Notes under the pieces: generated by a model
Database searches by the model: none
What the model saw: only the letters and a program-made list of their open reading frames with translations
What the model was told of the DNA's origin: nothing
DNA from: an uncultured Clostridiaceae bacterium
GTDB taxonomy: Bacteria > Bacillota_I > Bacilli_A > RFN20 > CAG-288
DNA: 64,000 nt
Assembly (NCBI GenBank): GCA_964427595.1
Contig: CAYRUQ010000004.1
Coordinates: forward strand, 4,314 to 68,313
Direction of reading: 5' to 3'
Position numbers and translations under genes: made by a program
Part shown: positions 1 through 7,324 of the stretch, piece after piece
Layout of the letters: each line of letters opens with the position of its first letter
How positions within the stretch are numbered: position 1 is the first letter of the stretch

Positions 1-6
1 AATGTC

Positions 7-1695
7 TTATATCTCATAGTCGTCTAAGTTTCCTTTCAATCTGAGACTGATTTTCTTCTTATCAGCCTTCAAACCGACGATATCACCAGGATTAAAGGTG
101 TAAGGAGTGTAGACGAAGAAGTCTTCATCTTCGCTAGATCTGACTAAGACGATGTAGTGATCACCTTTATAGACAGCGGAGATGACTTCACCGGTGACAG
201 AAGCATCAGAGGTATCATCGGAGATAGAAAAGCCATCAGGTGGAACAGTAGCGACGACATCAGCGTCTTTGAAATCGTATTTGACTTTCTCATAAGTGAC
301 GATTCCATCTTCATCGACAGTTGAATTGTTGATGAGCTTTGATAAATCGCACTCGAAGGGTTTGTCATCGATGTAGACACAGTGGTCTTTACCGATATAA
401 GCATCGGTATAGATATTAGTGTCATCAAGCTTGTGCATCAGATGGATGCCATCAGGTTCAATGCTGAGATAGATAGGTTCGTTGACAGGGTATTCCTTAG
501 TTGATTGAACTAAGACTTCATCATGGCCGACCATGATGACATATTGATAATGGATACCTTTGAAGACCTTTGATTGGAGATAACCTTTGACGCTTCCTTC
601 AACTTCGGTGTTAGAGAGATTGATATCCTCAGGTCTGACGACGACTTCAACTCTCTCGTTGAGTTCAAAATCATCGACGCAGTTGAAGACATGATTGAGG
701 AATCTGACTTGTTTCTTCCCGATGACAGTAGCGTTGTAGATGTTGGAAGAACCGATGAAGTCAGCGACGAAGGCATTTTCAGGCTCGTTGTAGATATCTT
801 CCGGAGTTCCCATCTGTTGAATGACACCATCGTTCATGACGACGATCGTATCAGACATAGTCAAGGCTTCTTCTTGATCATGAGTGACATAGATGAAGGT
901 GATGCCGAGTTTTCTATGCATCTCCTTAAGCTCTAACTGCATGTCTTTTCTCATCTTGAGATCGAGAGCGCCTAAAGGTTCATCAAGAAGGAGGATCTGA
1001 GGTTCACAGATGATAGCTCTAGCGATAGCGACTCTCTGTTGTTGACCGCCGGAGAGAGTGGAGATATCTCTATCCTCTAATTCATCTAAGTCGACGATAG
1101 AGAGAGCTTTGACTACCTTATCATCAATCTCAGCATCAGTTAAATGCCTGTACTTATAAGCTTGAACAGGTGTGGTGGAAGCTGTCTCTAGTTTTTGGTT
1201 TAGAACATCAAGACGATTGTTCTTCTCTTCTTCAGCCATCAACTTATCTTTTTTGATTCTCTTAATTTGTTTCTTGAGATCGTTGATGCGTGATTTATCG
1301 ATCTTAAGAACCGGATTTCCGTCATTATCTTTGATAGGAAGCGGAATCTTCTTGTTCTTCAGACCGAAAGCGACATTGTCATAAACATTCAAATTAGGGA
1401 AGAGCGCATAGTGTTGGAAGACTGTGTTGACCGGTCTCAGATGGGGAGGCATGGACGTGATGTCTTTCCCATTTAAGAGAACGTCTCCTGAGTTAGGAGT
1501 TTCAAAACCAGCAATCATCCTTAAGGTAGTGGATTTTCCACATCCAGAAGGACCTAACAACGTGACGAATTCACCCTTCTTAATCTTCAGATTCATCTTA
1601 TCGATGACCGTCACATCATCGAAGATCTTAGTCACATTTTTAAGTTCGATGATGTAGGAAGAATCGTTGGTGTAAGTTTGTAGATTTGTTTCCAT
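7..1695 (-). CDS. potA: Spermidine/putrescine-type ABC transporter ATP-binding protein, long Mollicutes-like form
   Basis: Walker A GPSGCGKST, Q-loop VFQHYALFP, signature LSGGQQQRVAIARA, Walker B ILLLDEPLGALD, H-loop VTHDQ. Start moved from ORF-track 1743 to ATG 1695 (METNLQ), which follows an AAGGGGG SD. About 60 aa are inserted between Q-loop and signature, and there is a long C-terminal extension. Confidence 0.85.
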   Translation of the reverse strand: METNLQTYTNDSSYIIELKNVTKIFDDVTVIDKMNLKIKKGEFVTLLGPSGCGKSTTLRMIAGFETPNSGDVLLNGKDITSMPPHLRPVNTVFQHYALFPNLNVYDNVAFGLKNKKIPLPIKDNDGNPVLKIDKSRINDLKKQIKRIKKDKLMAEEEKNNRLDVLNQKLETASTTPVQAYKYRHLTDAEIDDKVVKALSIVDLDELEDRDISTLSGGQQQRVAIARAIICEPQILLLDEPLGALDLKMRKDMQLELKEMHRKLGITFIYVTHDQEEALTMSDTIVVMNDGVIQQMGTPEDIYNEPENAFVADFIGSSNIYNATVIGKKQVRFLNHVFNCVDDFELNERVEVVVRPEDINLSNTEVEGSVKGYLQSKVFKGIHYQYVIMVGHDEVLVQSTKEYPVNEPIYLSIEPDGIHLMHKLDDTNIYTDAYIGKDHCVYIDDKPFECDLSKLINNSTVDEDGIVTYEKVKYDFKDADVVATVPPDGFSISDDTSDASVTGEVISAVYKGDHYIVLVRSSEDEDFFVYTPYTFNPGDIVGLKADKKKISLRLKGNLDDYEI

Positions 1696-1810
1696 TTTAA
1701 CCCCCTTTCTAAAACGCAAAAATTGTATTTTATTTAACTTCAAAAAACAAACAATTTTTTTGCTTGAAAAATCTTCAAAAAAATCAAAACCTTTTTCTTT
1801 TAGAAACTAC

Positions 1811-1854
1811 TTGACTCAAATTTTGAAATCTCATTGACAAATTTTGAAATCTCA
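1811..1854 (+). repeat. Tandem direct repeat TTGAC(TC)AAATTTTGAAATCTCA x2 in the potA/deoD divergent intergenic region
   Basis: Copies read at 1811-1833 and 1834-1854. They differ only by a 2-nt indel, and each starts with a -35-like TTGAC. Confidence 0.8.
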
Positions 1855-1993
1855 GCTGAAAATACACCAGTGAAAATCTAAAACTTATATAAAAGTTGTC
1901 TCTCAAATTTTCGTTTGAAAAAATGATCAATTTTTTCACTCAAAAATCACCCCGATTTTCGTCAAAAAAACTCAATCGATTTTTTGATCAATT

Positions 1994-2015
1994 TTCGTCA
2001 AGATTTTTTGACGAA
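1994..2015. promoter_or_regulatory. Perfect inverted repeat TTCGTCAA-N6-TTGACGAA (candidate operator); a third direct copy ATTTTCGTCAA lies at 1955-1965
   Basis: Read directly: ttcgtcaa (1994-2001), gatttt, ttgacgaa (2008-2015). Located between divergent potA and deoD. The binding protein is unknown. Confidence 0.4.
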
Positions 2016-2176
2016 TTTTTTTCGAATTTCTGAACCGAAATTTCAGCGTGTTTTAAAGATGTAAATACACATTTTTTGATGACGCCCTGTCGCTTGAGCG
2101 TTATAAGAATTATGTTTTCATAATATAACTTTTTATATGTTAGAATTATCTTTAAGAGACATGAAAGGAGAAACAT

Positions 2177-2887
2177 ATGTCCACACCCCATAATGAAGCT
2201 AAAAAAGGCGATATCGCTAAAACTGTTTTGATGCCTGGAGATCCTCTCAGAGCCAAATTCATCGCTGAGAATTTTTTAACTGATGTCAAGCAGTTTAACG
2301 CTGTCAGAAATATGTTTGGTTATACTGGCTATTACAACGGAAAGAGAGTCTCAGTCATGGGTTCTGGCATGGGTATTCCTTCTATCGGTATCTATTCTTA
2401 TGAGCTTTATAACACTTATGATGTCGATAGAATCATCCGTATCGGAAGCGCTGGATCGATTCAACCCGATCTCAAGCTCTTTGATATCGTCATCGCTAAT
2501 GGCGCTTCGACTAATTCTAACTGGGTCAGTCAATATGAGCTTCCTTCTGGGACTTTAAGCGCTTGTGCTAGCTATGAGGCTCTTCGTCAAGCCGTCGATG
2601 CTGCTGTTAAATTCGGTTTCCGTCATAAAGTCGGACAAGTTTTCTCCGCTGATAATTTCTATAACAATCCTGAATCAGTTTGGTCTCGTTGGGCTGATAT
2701 GGGAATCACCTGTTGTGAGATGGAAGCTTATGGTCTTTATGTCACTGCTATGAAAGCTCATAAGGAAGCTTTAGCAATCCTCACTATCTCTGATTCTTTA
2801 GTCACTCATCAAGAGACGACTAGTGAAGAGAGAGTCACCTCTTTCACCAACATGATGAAAGTGGCATTAGAATGTATTAAAGAATGA
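2177..2887 (+). CDS. deoD: Purine nucleoside phosphorylase, DeoD type
   Basis: 236 aa. N-terminus MSTPHNEAKKGDIAKTVLMPGDPLRAKFIAE, plus GMGIPS and CEMEAYGLY motifs typical of hexameric PNP. GGAG SD before the ATG. Confidence 0.9.
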   Translation: MSTPHNEAKKGDIAKTVLMPGDPLRAKFIAENFLTDVKQFNAVRNMFGYTGYYNGKRVSVMGSGMGIPSIGIYSYELYNTYDVDRIIRIGSAGSIQPDLKLFDIVIANGASTNSNWVSQYELPSGTLSACASYEALRQAVDAAVKFGFRHKVGQVFSADNFYNNPESVWSRWADMGITCCEMEAYGLYVTAMKAHKEALAILTISDSLVTHQETTSEERVTSFTNMMKVALECIKE

Positions 2888-3561
2888 TAACTTCGATCAT
2901 CATTGTTGTTTTTGCCATCCTTATATTGCTAGTCTTGATCATCGGATTTTTCTATTCTGATATCAAGAGAACATTTGATGAGCATTTTTGTCGCAAAAAG
3001 ATTTATCGAACTCTACACTATTTCGTGGAAGAAAATGATGAATTGCTCGTCAATGGTGTGGATATGTATCTCTCGGCTGAAGACGAGGACTTAAAACCTA
3101 CTCACATCCCTCATATTCTTCTCACTAAGAAATATGTCTATGTCGTCAGTGATTTCATCGCCGATGGTGGTTTATTTGGAAATCTCAATGATGAATATCT
3201 CATTCTTAAAGATCTCAAAGGCAATTCAAAAAAGATCTTGAATCCTGTTCTTCAAAATGAATTGGTGACAAGTCAGCTTGAGAATCTTGTTAAAGAACAG
3301 GCGAAAAAAACGATTGAAGAACCTAGTTGTTTCTTCTCTATCGTCTGTTATAACGATTCTCTTCTGATTGCTGATAACCTTAAGAAAAACGATTATCCTT
3401 CTATTTTCATCAAAGCTAAGAACCTAGGAAAAGTTCTTAAAGAGATTGAAAAAGATAACATCACCCCGATCCCGGCTGAATACACAGAGATCTTAGCTAA
3501 AAACATCAAAAAGCGTTCAGATGATATAAACGAGGACATCAGACAGAGAACAAAGAGGTAA
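2884..3561 (+). CDS. Membrane-anchored hypothetical protein with a degenerate NERD-like core
   Basis: N-terminal TM helix. Segment IPHILLTKKYVYVVSDFIADGGLFG resembles the NERD pattern IDHLVI..GIFVIETKN..G, but the catalytic-type residues are replaced. ATGA overlap with the deoD stop. Confidence 0.35.
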   Translation: MITSIIIVVFAILILLVLIIGFFYSDIKRTFDEHFCRKKIYRTLHYFVEENDELLVNGVDMYLSAEDEDLKPTHIPHILLTKKYVYVVSDFIADGGLFGNLNDEYLILKDLKGNSKKILNPVLQNELVTSQLENLVKEQAKKTIEEPSCFFSIVCYNDSLLIADNLKKNDYPSIFIKAKNLGKVLKEIEKDNITPIPAEYTEILAKNIKKRSDDINEDIRQRTKR

Positions 3562-3562
3562 G

Positions 3563-5731
3563 ATGAAAAAAGTCACTCTAGCTGTCAAGGGAATGTATTG
3601 TTCTCATTGTTCTAAAGCCGTTGAGAGCTCACTAGAACAAGTCGGTGTCTTTTCTAAAGTCAATCTATCTAACAACACAGTCACTTTCACTTATGATGAA
3701 TCAAAACTCAGCCTCGAATATTTAAAAAGAGTAGTTAAGAGAGCTGGATATGAACTTATCATCGATCAAAAGAAGAGATTTGATTACAATCTGATTCTTC
3801 TTCCTCTTTCGGTTGTTTTATTAGTCTTATGCCTTCTTGGTATGATTCATCACATGGGCGTTCATAACGCCTTTTTCTTTGCTTTAGGAAATGACATCAC
3901 TTTTCTAGTTGAAGCATCTATCGCTTTGATTTTCTTAGGCATACCATTTATCATCAGAGCGGTTAAAGGTTTGAGATATAAAAACATAGGGATGGATTTC
4001 TTGATTTCATTCTCGTCTCTTGTTTCTTATATATTATCCCTTTACATCTTTATTCAAAATATTCAGAATGGACTTGATTTAACTAGTATGCATGTCATGA
4101 ATGACCCTAGTTATACGATGGGTTATTTTGATACTACAATAATGATTTTATCTGTCATCACCTTAGGACATAGAATCATCGATTACATCAAGATCAAAGC
4201 TGATAAGAACTATAACAAAGCTGTCTTAGAACCACCTAAGTTTGCGAGATTAGTCTCTGATAGTGAGACTAAGATTGATGTTGATGAAATTGAAGAAGAA
4301 GATGAGTTATTGATATTAGCTGGGGAACAGATACCAGTTGATGGGACTGTCATCAGCGGAAGTGGCTTAGTTGATGAGAGTTATATGAACGGAGAGAGCC
4401 GTCCGAGAACTTTGAAAGTCGGTGAGAAAGTTTTAGGTTCCACGCTACTTATCAAAGGTCCTATCACGATAAGAGCGGATAAGATCGCCTTAGATTCTCT
4501 TTATTCTTCAATCATCAATGAGAGTTACGCACTTGACCACAAAAAAGGAAAATTAAGCAGACTTTCTGATGCTATCGCTTCTTTCTTCACACCGGCTGTT
4601 TTATTGATTGCTCTTATCGCTTTCTTGATTGTTTATTTAGGTTTCTCACTTGATGTTGAATCATCGATCGTCAGAGCGGTCTCTGTTTTATCTATCAGCT
4701 GTCCTTGCGCTTTTGGTCTTGCTGTTCCTATCTCTTCTTTATCTGGCTATGATCTAGCGATGAAATACGGAGTTCTCTTTAAGACTGGAGATACCTTTGA
4801 GAAAGTCAGAAAGATCGATGCTGTCATCTTTGATAAGACAGGAACCCTTTCAGAAGGAAAGCTCAAGGTGGAAGCTTCTATCGGAGATGATAAGTATCTT
4901 CCTCTTATCAAAGCGATGGAAGAAAAATCACTTCATCCTTTAGCTATCGCTTTGACTGACTATCTCTCTAGTACTGAGAGTTTAGAAAACATCATTGTTG
5001 AAGAGATACCTGGCATCGGTTTGAAGTCTGACATCTATACGCTTGGAAGTCATAAATCAATCGTTGATAAAGAGATGAGCGAGGAAGAAAAAGAATTTGT
5101 CTTAACTCATTCTTCATCTTCTTTAGTCTTCTTAAGCGATGAAGAAAGAGTTCTTTATATCTTTTCTCTTGAAGATGAGATCAAACCTGATGCTAAAGAG
5201 ACGATCGATGCTTTAAAGAGAAACAATATCGAGTGTTATATGTTGACGGGCGATAGGAAGGATTACGCTTTAAAAATCGCCGATTCCCTAGGTATCAAAT
5301 CTTCAAATGTCTACTATGAAGCTGATCCTGCTAAGAAAGCTGATATCATGCGTGAAATCAGAGAGAAGTGTAAAGTCATCTGTTATGTCGGTGATGGAAT
5401 CAACGATACTCTCGCTTTAAAAGAAAGTGATCTCTCCTTCGCTTCTTATCAAGCTAGTGAAGTAGCTTCTTCAAGCGCTGATGCCATCTTGATGAAACCT
5501 GAGCTTTCTATCTTGCTTTATGCTCTGAAGATTTCAAGAAAGACTTATATCAATATCATCGAAAACTTCATTTGGGCTATTCTTTATAACATCTGTATGA
5601 TTCCACTAGCTATCTTAGGAATCATCCCTTCTTATTTGTGTGCTACGTTGATGATCGTGTCTAACTTGACACTGACTATCAATAGCTTGCGATTGAGACT
5701 TTACAAACCAGAAAAGGAGAAAGAGAAATGA
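3563..5731 (+). CDS. copA: Copper-translocating P1B-type ATPase
   Basis: N-terminal HMA domain GMYCSHC, TM CPC motif (SISCPCAFGLAVP), phosphorylation site DKTGT, SLHPLA, hinge GDGINDTLAL. Confidence 0.9.
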   Translation: MKKVTLAVKGMYCSHCSKAVESSLEQVGVFSKVNLSNNTVTFTYDESKLSLEYLKRVVKRAGYELIIDQKKRFDYNLILLPLSVVLLVLCLLGMIHHMGVHNAFFFALGNDITFLVEASIALIFLGIPFIIRAVKGLRYKNIGMDFLISFSSLVSYILSLYIFIQNIQNGLDLTSMHVMNDPSYTMGYFDTTIMILSVITLGHRIIDYIKIKADKNYNKAVLEPPKFARLVSDSETKIDVDEIEEEDELLILAGEQIPVDGTVISGSGLVDESYMNGESRPRTLKVGEKVLGSTLLIKGPITIRADKIALDSLYSSIINESYALDHKKGKLSRLSDAIASFFTPAVLLIALIAFLIVYLGFSLDVESSIVRAVSVLSISCPCAFGLAVPISSLSGYDLAMKYGVLFKTGDTFEKVRKIDAVIFDKTGTLSEGKLKVEASIGDDKYLPLIKAMEEKSLHPLAIALTDYLSSTESLENIIVEEIPGIGLKSDIYTLGSHKSIVDKEMSEEEKEFVLTHSSSSLVFLSDEERVLYIFSLEDEIKPDAKETIDALKRNNIECYMLTGDRKDYALKIADSLGIKSSNVYYEADPAKKADIMREIREKCKVICYVGDGINDTLALKESDLSFASYQASEVASSSADAILMKPELSILLYALKISRKTYINIIENFIWAILYNICMIPLAILGIIPSYLCATLMIVSNLTLTINSLRLRLYKPEKEKEK

Positions 5732-5916
5732 TCACGATTAAAGTTTTAGACATGCGCTGTCTTCACTGCAAAGCTACTATTGAGAAAGCTTTATCTAAGA
5801 AAGGTGTTCAAGCTGAAGTTGATTTAGAAAATCATGAAGTCAAAATCAGTGATGATAGCCAAAAAGAACTCGCTATCAAATGTATTGAAAAAGCTGGTTT
5901 CACTCCGACTTTGTAA
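5728..5916 (+). CDS. copZ: Copper chaperone, HMA domain
   Basis: 62 aa with MRCLHC (CxxC) in a ferredoxin-like HMA pattern. ATGA overlap with the copA stop. Confidence 0.8.
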   Translation: MITIKVLDMRCLHCKATIEKALSKKGVQAEVDLENHEVKISDDSQKELAIKCIEKAGFTPTL

Positions 5917-6026
5917 AAACATTTCTTTGATTTGAGTGTTTTGAACTGTATTTATTTAACTATTCTTTTATAAAAAAGATATTTTTACTTATAATTTAAT
6001 GATGATTTTGAAGTGGGAAATGAATA

Positions 6027-7322
6027 ATGGAAAAAAGACAACCGAAGGTTAAAGATGTCGAATACTTAAACAGACTTAAAGCTAGAAAGAAAAGAGCTCT
6101 TTCCAAAGACCTTCTTTTTAATCTCGTTTTGTTGATTCTACCTACTTTTCTTTTAGTCGGTTTGATTCTAGTTGCCCCTGCCACTTATCTGATTTCTTTA
6201 TTTTTGATTTATTTCATCTTACCGATGTTTTACACAGTCGATAAAAGACTCAGGTATGCAATCAATGGTATCGGGAATCCGAACTTCACTTATAAGGATG
6301 GCTATCGAGACTTTTTCACCTCGACTAAAGGGGGACTTTTCGGAGTCATCTCTACGATTTTCTCAGCTATCGTTCTCCTTCTTCTGTTTTATTTGATTTT
6401 CTCATTCACGCTTGATCCGATTGTGAATTGTTTTTCTGATGCTAGTGAACTTGTTAATGAGGTGAATAATCACCTTAGTGATGGGACAGACACTGGCTTT
6501 ACACAGGCGGTGGCACTCATTGAAGAGAACATCGCTGCTTTTGGTCCTCCGTTATCAATATTCGTTGGCATAATTGCATTCATCCCGAGCTTTTTTGTCT
6601 TATTTATATCTATTGATAGCAATCTCTGCCAACATTATCTTTGTACGATAGTTATCCCAGATATTGATAAAAACATCTCTTCTTCTCAAGTAAGAAGCTT
6701 ATCTAGAACTACCTTCTATCGTCTCATCTCGATTGATAAATACAAACACCAGTTCAAATCTAACTGGCCGTATTACCTAGCCTATACTTGTGCGTATGGA
6801 CTGATCTTATATCTTTACACTTTCATCACTACCGACAATGTTTATGCTATGCTTCTTGTCATCATGGCAGCTCCGGCCACTTCGATGTTCATCGGCTACT
6901 TCCTCAACTACTTCTGTCTCTTAAATGACTATGCATTCTTAGAGGAGAACCAGGTCAATCTCCTTTCAAGAATGCCTGCCAATATGAGAAATTACGTCTA
7001 TCAAGCCTACAATAACCCTAGTTATGTTCATGGTGATGAATCAGCGGCTCGTGGCTGTTTCGTTCCTGAAAATGATAATACCTTCTCTGCACATCAATCC
7101 TTCAATCAAAATCCGTTTGGCTTTGGTGGTATGGGTGGCTTTGGCGGTTTTCAAAACCAACAGAACCCTTACACCTCTTATGATTCAAAGCTAAAAAGTG
7201 AAGAAGATGCTGATATAAAGACTGATTACAACACAAACGCCTCCGAGACAAGAGAGGAGCCCACAGGGATAGTCATCGATTTCTCTGAAACTGATGATAA
7301 GAAAGACGAAAAGGACAATTAA
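6027..7322 (+). CDS. Polytopic membrane protein of unknown function with a Q/N/G-rich then acidic disordered C-terminal tail
   Basis: Multiple hydrophobic segments. Tail reads QSFNQNPFGFGGMGGFGGFQNQQNPYTSY, followed by a D/E/K-rich end. No recognised motif. Confidence 0.5.
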   Translation: MEKRQPKVKDVEYLNRLKARKKRALSKDLLFNLVLLILPTFLLVGLILVAPATYLISLFLIYFILPMFYTVDKRLRYAINGIGNPNFTYKDGYRDFFTSTKGGLFGVISTIFSAIVLLLLFYLIFSFTLDPIVNCFSDASELVNEVNNHLSDGTDTGFTQAVALIEENIAAFGPPLSIFVGIIAFIPSFFVLFISIDSNLCQHYLCTIVIPDIDKNISSSQVRSLSRTTFYRLISIDKYKHQFKSNWPYYLAYTCAYGLILYLYTFITTDNVYAMLLVIMAAPATSMFIGYFLNYFCLLNDYAFLEENQVNLLSRMPANMRNYVYQAYNNPSYVHGDESAARGCFVPENDNTFSAHQSFNQNPFGFGGMGGFGGFQNQQNPYTSYDSKLKSEEDADIKTDYNTNASETREEPTGIVIDFSETDDKKDEKDN

Positions 7323-7324
7323 CT

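Noticed and set aside
2070-2085. TGTAAATACA upstream of deoD as a CopY-type cop box.
   Set aside because: The cop box is TACAnnTGTA. Here the half-sites are in the opposite arrangement, and no copY gene is present.
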